Source: a virus
Taxonomy: Duplodnaviria; Heunggongvirae; Uroviricota; Caudoviricetes
Virus record (IMG/VR): IMGVR_UViG_3300014205_000201
DNA: 64,000 nucleotides
Strand: one strand, 5' to 3'
Shown: piece after piece, positions 27,027 to 36,202 of the stretch
Layout: every line of letters starts with the position of its first letter
How positions within the stretch are numbered: the first letter of the stretch is position 1
The notes under the pieces: model-generated
Database searches by the model: none
The model's input: only the letters and a program-made list of their open reading frames with translations
Told to the model about the DNA's origin: nothing
Position numbers and translations under genes: made by a program

Positions 27027-27875
27027 ATGAACTACCGATATGAGAACGGATATGAAAACCATCAAGTAATTAATCCAACAAAAATTAACCTATCCGAATT
27101 AAAAACCGATAAAGACGTTATAGTAACATATGCAAAACTAAGTGAAGCTAGACATTTCCAAGACAGCAAAGCAACATACCCAGATCACAAACCTTATGAG
27201 AAAACACACGGCCAAATAGCCGCCGACTTAGAAGCGCAAATAGTAGATGATGTCAGACTTCGATTAGAAAAAGCTGGTTGGCATGTTCACATATTCGCTA
27301 ATGGTTCAGTACATGGCAACTGTAATGTTGAAATGTACCTTCATGCCTTCGCTGGAATGCCTGAAGTTTCAGAGGTTCCCTTTTCAAGTAATAGCAATTT
27401 AGAGCTAACAGAAACAGAGTTATTCAAAGAAGACGGTGCACTAAGAAGCAAAGAAGAAACATTAAGCCTTCTCAGAGAAAGAGTTGGAGAACCAACTCTA
27501 AATCTTAAAACGATGCTAGAGGAAAATGACATTGAAGAGGAAACCAAAAACATTATCGAGGGCATAATGGCAGCCGAAAACCTTACCGAACTGCATGAAC
27601 TAGATGAGGGAAACAGAACAATGCGAAGCGGTGAAAAGGAATTTACTTGGAGAAGAAACGATACAGAGGCACAAGAAGAAGCACAGCAATATTTAGATGA
27701 CGATGACGAACTTTGGAAAATGGCGGTTGAAGCGGGAAATACAACTTTAGGAAAAGATGACTGGAACAAAATGGTTATAGATAATGACGGTTGGGAATCT
27801 TTACTTTGCCACTATGATGGAACCTCTAACACATTAGACGATGAAAACGGAACGGTTTATTGGAGAACCAATTAA
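27027..27875 (+). CDS. acidic protein (282 aa, D/E-rich)
   Basis: CAAACGGAGACAAAC box upstream. Confidence 0.5.
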   Translation: MNYRYENGYENHQVINPTKINLSELKTDKDVIVTYAKLSEARHFQDSKATYPDHKPYEKTHGQIAADLEAQIVDDVRLRLEKAGWHVHIFANGSVHGNCNVEMYLHAFAGMPEVSEVPFSSNSNLELTETELFKEDGALRSKEETLSLLRERVGEPTLNLKTMLEENDIEEETKNIIEGIMAAENLTELHELDEGNRTMRSGEKEFTWRRNDTEAQEEAQQYLDDDDELWKMAVEAGNTTLGKDDWNKMVIDNDGWESLLCHYDGTSNTLDDENGTVYWRTN

Positions 27876-27891
27876 ACCCTTTTTCCATCAT

Positions 27892-27918
27892 TCACCAGTT
27901 ACGACTAAACAGTCAGAA
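27892..27918. promoter_or_regulatory. IR motif copy (tcaccagttacgactaaacagtcagaa)
   Basis: followed by SD AAAGGAAA and the ATG at 27931. Confidence 0.5.
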
Positions 27919-27930
27919 GGTAAAAGGAAA

Positions 27931-28095
27931 ATGAAAACAAAATTTAAACTGACAGAAGAAAAAGCAAAAAAACTAATCTCTGCTATAAACTGCGAAATAT
28001 CAGAATATAGCGGAGTTGTATCAATGGCTCCTTATGAAGAGCTAAAAGAAGAACTAGAAAACTGGATTAAATCAAGAGGTGGAAAACTTGACTAA
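27931..28095 (+). CDS. 54-aa protein (MKTKFKLTEEKAKKLISAINCE...); the track ORF 27841-28095 is N-extended
   Basis: IR motif + SD arrangement upstream. Confidence 0.45.
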   Translation: MKTKFKLTEEKAKKLISAINCEISEYSGVVSMAPYEELKEELENWIKSRGGKLD

Positions 28096-28330
28096 ATTAG
28101 AAGAGACACAAGCGCAGATAAAAGAGTTAATGGCTAACGCTCAAGAAGACATCTTAAAGAACTATGTTGAAAAAGCGTTAACCTCTGGAGCCTTAAGCGA
28201 AGACGTAACCAAAGAAGGCAATTATCTGCTAGCGAAGTTTATCATAACTGCATACTTTGACAAAGGCCCATATTCACCCCTAAACACCACACATAAAAAA
28301 GAACTAAAAAACTTAGAGTGTTTCATTTAA
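28079..28330 (+). CDS. hypothetical protein (83 aa); GTG start
   Basis: co-directional packing. Confidence 0.4.
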   Translation: MENLTKLEETQAQIKELMANAQEDILKNYVEKALTSGALSEDVTKEGNYLLAKFIITAYFDKGPYSPLNTTHKKELKNLECFI

Positions 28331-28336
28331 CATCAA

Positions 28337-28360
28337 TCGCCAGTTAAATCTTAATCGGTG
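28337..28360. promoter_or_regulatory. IR motif variant (tcgccagttaaatcttaatcggtg)
   Basis: 7 nt upstream of the ATG at 28368. Confidence 0.45.
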
Positions 28361-28367
28361 AAAAACT

Positions 28368-28583
28368 ATGATGCAAGATGAACTAATCGCACTTTACAAA
28401 AGAATTGTTGCAGAGTTGGAAAGTAACATATCCTACATGCAGACAATCAAAACCTCAAAAAATGAATGGGACTTACGGAAGGTAAACGAGTTATCAGCCG
28501 AAAACAGGGTGTTACTTCGAGAAAGAAATGACCTCGGAGAAATACTGTGGCATAGCGGAATAGATACCCGAACACTTCCATAA
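28368..28583 (+). CDS. hypothetical coiled-coil protein (71 aa)
   Basis: co-directional packing. Confidence 0.45.
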   Translation: MMQDELIALYKRIVAELESNISYMQTIKTSKNEWDLRKVNELSAENRVLLRERNDLGEILWHSGIDTRTLP

Positions 28584-28585
28584 TT

Positions 28586-28612
28586 CGCCAGTTTAAATCT
28601 AATAGTCAATCT
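28586..28612. promoter_or_regulatory. IR motif variant (tcgccagtttaaatctaatagtcaatc)
   Basis: upstream of SD GGAGA and the ATG at 28622. Confidence 0.45.
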
Positions 28613-28621
28613 ATGGAGATA

Positions 28622-28765
28622 ATGAAAAATGACAAAGAAAAAACAGATAGCTATCAAAGCAATAGAAGAATTAAAAGAATATTGCGAGGGGTATTTTCAT
28701 CCATCTTGGGTGAATACTTTAGAGCGATTAGAGAGCATGATAAAAGACTATAATGAACCACTATA
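28622..28765 (+). CDS. 47-aa protein (MKNDKEKQIAIKAIEELKEYCEGYFHPSW...)
   Basis: hand-translated. Confidence 0.4.
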
Positions 28766-28766
28766 A

Positions 28767-28790
28767 ACTGCCAGTATAACATCAGTGGTG
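28767..28790. promoter_or_regulatory. IR motif variant (ctgccagtataacatcagtggtgt)
   Basis: 6 nt upstream of the ATG at 28796. Confidence 0.45.
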
Positions 28791-29395
28791 TCTAACATGC
28801 AGAACCTAATCTTAGTCATAAAATATGACCCCGAAACAACCAACCAAGAAAAACTCAGAGACAACATAACCAACTTAGAAGGCGTGGAGTATGTCAACTA
28901 AAAAAATAAAAGAAAAAATGTTCAAAGAAATCTTGAACGCGGAAACCGGCGATTATATCACCCAGGCACAGACAGCATCCGCAATACATAAAGAAGGATG
29001 GTGATTAACATGCAGAAAGAAAAACCCAGCTTAGAAGAAATCTTAATACAAGAAGACTACCCAGAACAAGCAAAATACTTTGAAAATAAGAAAGCTAGTA
29101 AGAACTAAAAATCACCAAGTCGAACATGGTTTAATGTCTCCTAGCGTGAAACTGTGACATACCCCGAAACTTAGCGTTTGGGTACATAAAAGAATGAAAG
29201 AAAAAAGGAAATGTGAGGTGAAAAATATGGTAATGAAACAAGAGGAAAACCCCTTCTTTGACTTCGGAGAGGAAGATGTACAAGAAATAGATGACTGGAT
29301 TTGGAACGATTGGTAGGTTCCTGATGAGTTCCTGGAATGGAACGAAATACCCAAGTTATTTATTGGGTATAGAACCAAAATGGAGATAAAACCAA

Positions 29396-30244
29396 ATGCT
29401 ACAACTTAGCGTTAACCCAAGAGAAACATTAACGGCTAAAGTCTGGGAAACATGGCAAAAAGCCGGATACACAACCCAGCCCCACAGCCTAACCTGGATA
29501 GAACTAGACAACCTTACAGGCTTCTACCTAAAAACCTGCACAGCGAGAAACATAGATTACCAAGCCTTCGATTTTTTGAGCTTACTTGATTCTAAACTTA
29601 ACTACTATGAAAATCAATCCGCTATAGATGAAGCATTAGCTGGATCCTTAACTGAAGAAGAAGCCTATAAACGATATGAAGCAGACATGAATAACCAAGA
29701 ATTAAAAGAAGAAATAAAACAAATCAACGAAATCCAAGCAACAGTAATAAACAAAATAGAACAAATCCCAAACATAATACAGCTAATAGATGCCCTTAAT
29801 CAAAGCCAAAGTTTTCAATCACTCGGTAAAGCCTTATCTCCACTTATCAACCCATCAAGCACACCAATAAAAACAATGACTAATGATGGCGACCCCAATA
29901 AACCTGCACACTACACATACCATAATCAAGGGGCCGAATACTGCAAATATTGTGGAATAAAAATAGATGCCGATACCGTTAAATGTCCTAACTGTGGAGC
30001 ACCAATAAAAGAAGATAAGCCAGTAACTTTATCACAGTTAATACCAGAATGCTTCAAACCAAAAAAACCAGTAAGCTTCTTAGACGCATTCGCCGGTGCG
30101 ATGGTTACATTAATCTGGCTAGCCGTAACCTATGGAGCCTTAACCAGCGGCACAATAACATGGATAACAGTTGTTGCAGTAGCGTTTTGGTGGGCACTAT
30201 TCGTAGTAGTATTTAGAATAGTAGTTGGAGGCATACTGAATTGA
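29396..30244 (+). CDS. coiled-coil protein with a zinc ribbon (CKYCG...CPNCG) and a C-terminal TM anchor (282 aa)
   Basis: co-directional packing. Confidence 0.5.
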   Translation: MLQLSVNPRETLTAKVWETWQKAGYTTQPHSLTWIELDNLTGFYLKTCTARNIDYQAFDFLSLLDSKLNYYENQSAIDEALAGSLTEEEAYKRYEADMNNQELKEEIKQINEIQATVINKIEQIPNIIQLIDALNQSQSFQSLGKALSPLINPSSTPIKTMTNDGDPNKPAHYTYHNQGAEYCKYCGIKIDADTVKCPNCGAPIKEDKPVTLSQLIPECFKPKKPVSFLDAFAGAMVTLIWLAVTYGALTSGTITWITVVAVAFWWALFVVVFRIVVGGILN

Positions 30245-30517
30245 AGCTACTTCTTGTTGGTTTTAAGAAGATACCGCCTTTCGCCACCATCATAAAGTTG
30301 ATAGTGACCCCCTTGAGGACCAGTCTTAACAGCTTTATCGAGCAAGTACCGATCTCCAGCGCGGCTATGTTGGTATCTTCCCCCTTCAGGGCCTTTCTTA
30401 ATCGGATGATTAGGCATAACAGCAAATGTGCAGATTCAGGTTATAATATATTACCTTTAAACTGCCAAGTTATAGCAAGTCTTATTAACAAAAAGTACAG
30501 ATAAAAGAGAGAGTATT

Positions 30518-30817
30518 ATGACAGAACAACCTCAACCCCAAGAAAAACAATACAAACAAACGCCCAAGCAAAGAGCTTATTTTCGAGATAGAAGACGCAG
30601 AAATCTTATGGCTAATAAGAAATGCGATGTCTGTGGGGGACAAGCTACAACAAGATTATTAATAACTCAAAAACTATACTGCGATAAAGATTTACCGGTA
30701 GTCTCTGAAATAACTAAATTACCGCGAATAGAACAACAAATATTAGCACTTAAGGCAAGTGTAGCCTTTAAAGACTTAGGAGAATCTTTAAACAAATTAT
30801 TAGGAGTCACCCAATGA
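30518..30817 (+). CDS. zinc-ribbon protein (99 aa; CDVCGG...C)
   Basis: co-directional packing. Confidence 0.45.
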   Translation: MTEQPQPQEKQYKQTPKQRAYFRDRRRRNLMANKKCDVCGGQATTRLLITQKLYCDKDLPVVSEITKLPRIEQQILALKASVAFKDLGESLNKLLGVTQ

Positions 30818-30818
30818 T

Positions 30819-31188
30819 ATGGACAAAGTGCACTGTGTAGTTTGTGGAGAAACCAAGGGCGAAGCATGGTGTCTAGATTGCAGAATGATAAGAAACCGTG
30901 CAATCAAACAAGCAAAAACCAAAATAAAAGAGGAACAATTAAATGACAAGTTACTCTAAATGCAAATCAGGAGCACCATGCGCTTGGCATGGCGGCAAAG
31001 TAAAATTCACCAGCCATATAAGGGCTGAATACAAAATAAAACAATTAATGGAGAAAACAGCAAATGAATAATCCAAAATATCGAAAAATAATAATGTGCA
31101 AAAAAGAGGGTTTTGCAGGAACCTGCCCATGTCCTTTGGAAGAATCTTGTAAAGAATATATCCGTGAGGTGCAAAACCGTGAACGATA
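30819..31188 (+). other. cluster of at least three tiny (about 40-46 aa) overlapping Cys-rich ORFs (MDKVHCVVCGETKGEAWCLDC...; MTSYSKCKSGAPCAWHGG...; MNNPKYRKIIMCKKEGFAGTCPCP...)
   Basis: hand-translated; overlapping TAATG/ATGA junctions. Confidence 0.35.
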
Positions 31189-31260
31189 GAAGAATGATCT
31201 ATGACTCAACACATCACACATGGATAGATACATATGCAGATTACAAGGCAGATAAAAAAA

Positions 31261-31287
31261 CTGCCACTTAATTAGAAAAAGTCAGTG
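31261..31287. promoter_or_regulatory. IR motif variant (ctgccacttaattagaaaaagtcagtg)
   Basis: followed by SD GGAGAGAGAGGG and the ATG at 31307. Confidence 0.45.
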
Positions 31288-31306
31288 TAATGGAGAGAGA
31301 GGGAAT

Positions 31307-32188
31307 ATGTCAGAACAAACTTGGATAGGCTACAAAGATTTAGAACCCATCAGAAGACTCCGAAATGAGGGTAGAGAACTTATAGGAAAAACCCTAACCC
31401 TTACAGAGAAAAGAGATGGTGAAAACGTATCAACTCGTTTAGTAAACGCAAGCATCCCCATAGGTATGGTAAACCTACAAATTAGTTCACACAATCAAGA
31501 AGAAGCAGCACCCGACATAATCAACCGATTCAAAGCGACCAAAGAATACAACAAAGTCAAAACATTACTCGAAACTGAACTAACATTTCATCACAACTAT
31601 ATTCTCTATGGAGAACTTCTAAAAGAAGTAGGCCCAACACGGATAGAACCCAGACGAAAAAAACTTCAATGGATATTATTCGATGCTTGGGATTGCGAAC
31701 TAAAACGTTACATCAGCTACACACAGTTATACCAGCTAGCATACCATTACAAGATTCCAATCGTCAAAGCAGTAGACTTCTTTATTCCTACCAGTGAAGA
31801 GGAGCTAGCTAGCAAAATCGCGGCCTTAATGAAATGGTGCAAACGCCACCGGCGAGAAGGCATTGTAGGTAAAGACTATGAGAACCAAGTGTTCTTTAAA
31901 GAAAAGATAGACTTACCAAAACTGCCCAAGCTACCCAGAGATCCACAAATCCAATTACCATCAATGACACAGGAAAAGATAATTCGAGCGCTACAACATG
32001 CATACGATGAAGTGGGAGAAACTAACTGGAAAAACGTAAAAGTAGCTATGCCAATCGTAGCAAAGCATTTCTCGATAGAAGCAAAAGAACATAACTTTAG
32101 CACACCCAAAAACATGTTCCAACTATGGATGAACACCCCAACAGAACAAATTAAACCGTTGCCAGTTGAATCAGAAAAGTCAACATAA
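31307..32188 (+). CDS. ATP-dependent polynucleotide ligase (RNA or minimal DNA ligase; covalent nucleotidyltransferase superfamily)
   Basis: motif I TEKRDGENV (KxDG); motif III-like ILYGELL; motif IV EGIVGK; motif V-like KEK; 293 aa. Confidence 0.55.
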   Translation: MSEQTWIGYKDLEPIRRLRNEGRELIGKTLTLTEKRDGENVSTRLVNASIPIGMVNLQISSHNQEEAAPDIINRFKATKEYNKVKTLLETELTFHHNYILYGELLKEVGPTRIEPRRKKLQWILFDAWDCELKRYISYTQLYQLAYHYKIPIVKAVDFFIPTSEEELASKIAALMKWCKRHRREGIVGKDYENQVFFKEKIDLPKLPKLPRDPQIQLPSMTQEKIIRALQHAYDEVGETNWKNVKVAMPIVAKHFSIEAKEHNFSTPKNMFQLWMNTPTEQIKPLPVESEKST

Positions 32189-32199
32189 GGAGAAATACG

Positions 32200-32562
32200 A
32201 TGAACCTCAAAACTCAAGCTAAAACCACGTTAGATATACTCAACGAAAACTGCCAAGGCGAACAGAAACTAAAAGGCGGCAACAAAATAGACGAACAATG
32301 GATACGACTCGATATTGCACAAAGGGAACTGGATAGAGCTAAAACAGCTTACCGAGTAAAGTATGACCAAAGAAATGAATTATATTCCAAGATCACTGAA
32401 GCAAACAAAAAGGTGAGTGAGTTACTGAAACCATTACCTAAAGGGCTGAAAGATTCCACTGTTATTATGCCGATTAAAGACCTTGAAGAGTTAAGATATA
32501 TTCTTAGCGATAAAGTCCATGCGCCGACTTTTGTTAATAAATTGTCAGAGGGAAAAGTATGA
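32200..32562 (+). CDS. hypothetical protein, tandem paralog A (120 aa; ends LSEGKV)
   Basis: SD AAGGAG. Confidence 0.5.
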   Translation: MNLKTQAKTTLDILNENCQGEQKLKGGNKIDEQWIRLDIAQRELDRAKTAYRVKYDQRNELYSKITEANKKVSELLKPLPKGLKDSTVIMPIKDLEELRYILSDKVHAPTFVNKLSEGKV

Positions 32563-32903
32563 GTTTAGAATTACAGGTAAAAACAACACGGCAAGTTATA
32601 GATTCGGCGCTTGGGACAGAGAATTGGGACTTGAAAGGTTTGGGTATCACTGAGGCTAAATTTGACTTTGAAAAGCCGATGTGGATTACTCTCGATGAAG
32701 CACAGAAAAGAGAGTTTGCCCTACTAGACCAAATAATTATAGTGACAAAATTAAACGATGATAAGTTCCTAAAGATTGCAGAAGCCAACAAAGCGTTAGA
32801 TGCTTTTGAAAGTGTCTGGGGAAAGACCGCTATGTTTGGGCGGTTGCGACAAATACTTTTGACTGATGGAAATAGTTTAACAGAGGGAAAAGTCCATGAG
32901 TAA
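32559..32903 (+). CDS. hypothetical protein, tandem paralog B (114 aa; ends LTEGKVHE)
   Basis: ATGA overlap; similar to 32200-32562. Confidence 0.5.
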   Translation: MSLELQVKTTRQVIDSALGTENWDLKGLGITEAKFDFEKPMWITLDEAQKREFALLDQIIIVTKLNDDKFLKIAEANKALDAFESVWGKTAMFGRLRQILLTDGNSLTEGKVHE

Positions 32904-33000
32904 AAATCCAAACTATAAAAAGAAATGCCCTAAGTGTGGAAAGGAAGGAATTTTAGACGGTACTTTCTTTTGCGATTGCGGGTATTATGAGGAAGATTGA
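32896..33000 (+). CDS. 34-aa zinc-ribbon mini-protein (CPKCG...CDCG)
   Basis: hand-translated. Confidence 0.4.
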   Translation: MSKNPNYKKKCPKCGKEGILDGTFFCDCGYYEED

Positions 33001-33012
33001 GGGAAAACAAGA

Positions 33013-33294
33013 ATGAACACAGGTATAGATAACTTTCCAAATATAGAGAGCTTCGAGGAAAATGGCGTAGATGCTTCTGAAATCGTTAGAGAATGCAAAC
33101 GATGGCGCGAAGCTTTCCTAGCCGAGCTAACTGCTAAGTTAGCAACTGCCGACGTAAACTACTCTTACAATCCTAATCTCTATACCAAAGGACGTATCGA
33201 GGTTTTATTGGATGTGTTGGGTAGATTCAAAACGGCACTAAATAATAATCCGACTAATGCCAAAAAACAATCATTGGAGGCTAAAAAGGAATGA
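33013..33294 (+). CDS. hypothetical protein (93 aa)
   Basis: co-directional packing. Confidence 0.45.
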   Translation: MNTGIDNFPNIESFEENGVDASEIVRECKRWREAFLAELTAKLATADVNYSYNPNLYTKGRIEVLLDVLGRFKTALNNNPTNAKKQSLEAKKE

Positions 33295-33458
33295 ATCTAA
33301 AAGAGCTACAAACTAAGTTTCCCTGTTTTGGTAGAAAATTCGGGGAATTGGCTGATTGCAAAATGTGCCCAAATCCATCTTTATGCCGAGATATAAAAGA
33401 ACATCCCGAAAAATACGGGGTGCAGACTAATGCTAAAGAACCAACTGGAGGTAAATAA
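33291..33458 (+). CDS. 55-aa Cys-rich mini-protein
   Basis: ATGA overlap with the upstream gene. Confidence 0.4.
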   Translation: MNLKELQTKFPCFGRKFGELADCKMCPNPSLCRDIKEHPEKYGVQTNAKEPTGGK

Positions 33459-33459
33459 T

Positions 33460-33690
33460 ATGAAGTTCTGGAAAGTTTTTGGGTTAACGACAACAGTATC
33501 AGCAGTCTTAATGAGTGCCCTTACAGTGATATTTTATTCACAGGTTGACTTAACCTTAACATGGTATGCTATTATTTTTCCTGTTTTTACGGGTTTTATG
33601 ATTGCATTTCTATCTGATTTTGAGGAAGTTCTTGAGTGGGTGGGTAATAAACTATCGGATGTCAACAACAAATCGGAGGATCGCCCATGA
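33460..33690 (+). CDS. small membrane protein (76 aa, 2 TM)
   Basis: SD GGAGGT. Confidence 0.45.
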   Translation: MKFWKVFGLTTTVSAVLMSALTVIFYSQVDLTLTWYAIIFPVFTGFMIAFLSDFEEVLEWVGNKLSDVNNKSEDRP

Positions 33691-34019
33691 TGCCTAACAC
33701 CTATGTTAAAGTTATCCGTGATTGGAAAGCATCCGGTGGTCCTGATGTCTATTGTCCTGTTGATGTAGCCACTGGTAAAATGTATGTGGGTTTAAGTCTT
33801 ATCGGTTTTGTTCCTAAAGGTGGGATAATTGTGGGGGAGTTTGATGAAAAGACCGATACGCTCACGTTAAATAAACCAAAAGAAACAGTGGCGGGGGTAG
33901 TTGAGAAGAGGGACAACACCCTAAGTCAAAGGGAAGGCGTGGGTTCGACTCCCATCCCCCGACCATCTTCGATTAACAATCAGAAACCAACAGTTAGTCA
34001 ACGACCACAAAATATATAA
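33687..34019 (+). CDS. hypothetical protein (110 aa); its 3' third overlaps a tRNA-like element
   Basis: SD GGAGGAT. Confidence 0.4.
   Translation: MMPNTYVKVIRDWKASGGPDVYCPVDVATGKMYVGLSLIGFVPKGGIIVGEFDEKTDTLTLNKPKETVAGVVEKRDNTLSQREGVGSTPIPRPSSINNQKPTVSQRPQNI
33891..33963 (+). tRNA. tRNA-Asp(GUC)-like 73-nt element (degenerate): full cloverleaf by standard numbering but with G1-A72 and A27-A43 mismatches and A33 instead of U33
   Basis: Acceptor GCGGGGG / CCCCCGA. D arm GTTG-AGAAGAGGGA-CAAC. Anticodon arm CCCT-AAGTCAA-AGGG. T arm GTGGG-TTCGACT-CCCAT. Discriminator C then CA. Confidence 0.3.
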
Positions 34020-34042
34020 GTAGTCAACGACTATAAGGGATA

Positions 34043-34297
34043 GTGAGGAAAACAAAAATGACTGACCTAAAAGTAAACAAAATAGATCAACAAACCTTAA
34101 CATATTGCTTAACTGAAAAAGCACAATACTCTGATGAAGAGTTTCATGACTATTTCGAAGTAACCGTACAAAGAGGCAAAGTTACCACCATAAAATTTGA
34201 TGGTAAAGAAGTTCATGCACGGCATCTCTACATGTTAAGAAATCTCTTCTTAAAACTAGACGAAGAAGCCCTCACACTAAGTTATGGGGGAAGCTAA
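34043..34297 (+). CDS. hypothetical protein (84 aa)
   Basis: co-directional packing. Confidence 0.45.
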   Translation: MRKTKMTDLKVNKIDQQTLTYCLTEKAQYSDEEFHDYFEVTVQRGKVTTIKFDGKEVHARHLYMLRNLFLKLDEEALTLSYGGS

Positions 34298-34463
34298 ACA
34301 AATTGAGTGATGAGTGGACACCTGATGATGAAGCAACCTTTAGACCTCTCAAACGGAAATATGATCGCATCCACAAACGGGGCAACCGTGACAAGAAGCG
34401 GGTGCGGCCTTACAAGCCCCGAAGAGTATCGGATGGTAAAAATACGATAGGAGATGAGAAAAA

Positions 34464-34706
34464 ATGTTGGTGATATACGGATGGCGAGGAAGAAGTCCAC
34501 AAGGGTTAATGTGGCTATACAGAAATATGCACCAACAATTCTTTGGCTTCGATGTACTACCCTATCAAGAGTTCTGCAAAATGCTAAATAATGCAGCATG
34601 TGAAAACCGAACCAAACACCAGCATTCATGGCGGCTAAAATATACTGGTGAATCACTGACGGATGAATCACGTTTAACAGGAGATAATGGAAATGCAGAC
34701 AAATGA
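34464..34706 (+). CDS. hypothetical protein (80 aa)
   Basis: co-directional packing. Confidence 0.4.
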   Translation: MLVIYGWRGRSPQGLMWLYRNMHQQFFGFDVLPYQEFCKMLNNAACENRTKHQHSWRLKYTGESLTDESRLTGDNGNADK

Positions 34707-35211
34707 ACAGGTAAGAAAAAAGCATCGAGAAAACTATGCTTTAAGTAATGGTGCGTATCTGCAAGCAAATAAAAAATGGAAGGTTGAACATCCAGGTAAA
34801 GAATATGAGGCAGGTATTAACTGGATTGTTAGAAATCGGCATAAGAAAAGAGCGCAAATGATTGCTCATCGATTGATTCCCCTAAAACCCGTTTGCGAAA
34901 TATGTGGAGGAATTGATAGATTACAAAGACACCACAAAGACTATGGCAAACCCTTAGAGGTTTTAACCCTATGTAATCCTTGCCATAATGCTTTGGAAGT
35001 AATTGAGCCAGCAAAGTATAGTAATCTACCTCAATTAAGATTCTATAATGGAGTCATTCCAGTTGAAATCTTAGATAGTACCTGTGTTGGGACTGGTAAA
35101 AAGTGGCCTTGTAAAATACTTGCAACAGGAGAAGTAAAGGCGTTGCATGTTGGGCGACTTTGTTATTTACCCAAAAGACGGCTAGAAAGACAAAAGACAA
35201 CGGAGCCTTAA
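34687..35211 (+). CDS. HNH endonuclease (paralog group of three)
   Basis: CEICGG...RHHKDYGKPLEVLTLCNPCHNALE. Confidence 0.6.
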   Translation: MEMQTNEQVRKKHRENYALSNGAYLQANKKWKVEHPGKEYEAGINWIVRNRHKKRAQMIAHRLIPLKPVCEICGGIDRLQRHHKDYGKPLEVLTLCNPCHNALEVIEPAKYSNLPQLRFYNGVIPVEILDSTCVGTGKKWPCKILATGEVKALHVGRLCYLPKRRLERQKTTEP

Positions 35212-35213
35212 CT

Positions 35214-35387
35214 ATGTGGATCTGTGACGATTGCCTACAAGACGGCGATAGAGTGTTCATATTCAAAAGCCACGGGCGCTGTGAAATCTGCGGGGAAACT
35301 AAGGACTGTTGGGATGTTAACATTCACTCTGATGCTGGCATTCCGATTAGTAAATCGAAACCGATAGGAGAAAAAGACCATGAGTGA
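35214..35387 (+). CDS. 57-aa zinc-ribbon protein (MWICDDC...CEICGETKDC); the track ORF 35160-35387 is N-extended
   Basis: in-frame ATG right after the HNH gene's stop. Confidence 0.4.
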   Translation: MWICDDCLQDGDRVFIFKSHGRCEICGETKDCWDVNIHSDAGIPISKSKPIGEKDHE

Positions 35388-35562
35388 AAAGCAAAAAACT
35401 GCCGAGGAAATACGGCAAGAACTCATTAAGATTCACTGTGAAAACCAAGACTGCGATGGCTGTCCTAAAGAGTATGAGTGTGAAGAGGAAGGATTACAAC
35501 AAGAAGCTAGAGATGAAGATGCAGCTTACGAGGCGTATGACGGTGATAGCTTTGACTATTAG
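35380..35562 (+). CDS. acidic Cys-containing protein (60 aa)
   Basis: SD AGGAGA. Confidence 0.45.
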   Translation: MSEKQKTAEEIRQELIKIHCENQDCDGCPKEYECEEEGLQQEARDEDAAYEAYDGDSFDY

Positions 35563-35579
35563 TGGGAAAGCGATAAAAA

Positions 35580-35912
35580 ATGAGTGAAAGAATAATCCGT
35601 GTTAAGTCTTGTACTGAATGCCCTCATTTTGGCACCCGTTGGCACTCTAAGGAACCTACCTATTACTGCGAATATAATGTGACAGGCCAAAAGCAAGAGG
35701 ATTACGGTGAGGAATTAAACATCTTAGACTTAATCCCTCTGTTCTGTCCACTTGAAAAAGCATCACTTTGTGCTGAGCCAAAGCTTTTTGATATGCCTAT
35801 AAAGATTGACCCTTCATTAAAGAATGATGAATTTGCTTTTGAAACTGCTAAAGGTAGGCAAGTATTCAAAATTAAGTCGGATTGCGTTGAAAAGTCGGAG
35901 GGTTCCAAGTGA
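35580..35912 (+). CDS. hypothetical protein (110 aa; CTECPHFG...C)
   Basis: co-directional packing. Confidence 0.45.
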   Translation: MSERIIRVKSCTECPHFGTRWHSKEPTYYCEYNVTGQKQEDYGEELNILDLIPLFCPLEKASLCAEPKLFDMPIKIDPSLKNDEFAFETAKGRQVFKIKSDCVEKSEGSK

Positions 35913-36202
35913 GTGACTTAGAAATAGAAAAACTTGAAAGAAAATACGAGTATGAGAGACGAAAAAAAGCAGAAGAACAATACGACATAATCAACCAAGC
36001 ATACCAACAATTATTAGATAATCTATCAATCTTTGAAGCTGAAGAAATAAACCCAACAGTGGATTATTTTCACCTATTAGGCAGACATCAAGATGCTGAA
36101 AGAATCAAAGAACGCTGGATAGAACTGTTTTCACAAAGAATCAAGGAAGCCCCGTTTATTTCATCGGATGCGAACCAACAATCAAAGGAGCCAACAAAAT
36201 GA
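35909..36202 (+). CDS. hypothetical coiled-coil protein (97 aa); GTG start
   Basis: SD GGAGGG. Confidence 0.45.
   Translation: MSDLEIEKLERKYEYERRKKAEEQYDIINQAYQQLLDNLSIFEAEEINPTVDYFHLLGRHQDAERIKERWIELFSQRIKEAPFISSDANQQSKEPTK

Noticed and set aside
27341-27769. ORF 27341-27769 (-), 142 aa, Ser-rich
   Set aside because: It is antisense to the acidic (GAA/GAT-rich) gene 27027-27875. TTC/ATC-rich antisense frames are stop-poor by composition, and it sits in the middle of a plus-strand operon.
31876-32217. ORF 31876-32217 (-), 113 aa, antisense to the ligase gene
   Set aside because: It overlaps the motif-supported ligase CDS, with no SD or start context.
33891-33963. Calling the element a functional tRNA-Asp gene
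   Set aside because: A33 in place of the near-universal U33, G1-A72 and A27-A43 mismatches, and its location inside an SD-preceded ORF argue for a pseudo-tRNA or att relic. It is kept only as a low-confidence tRNA-like feature.
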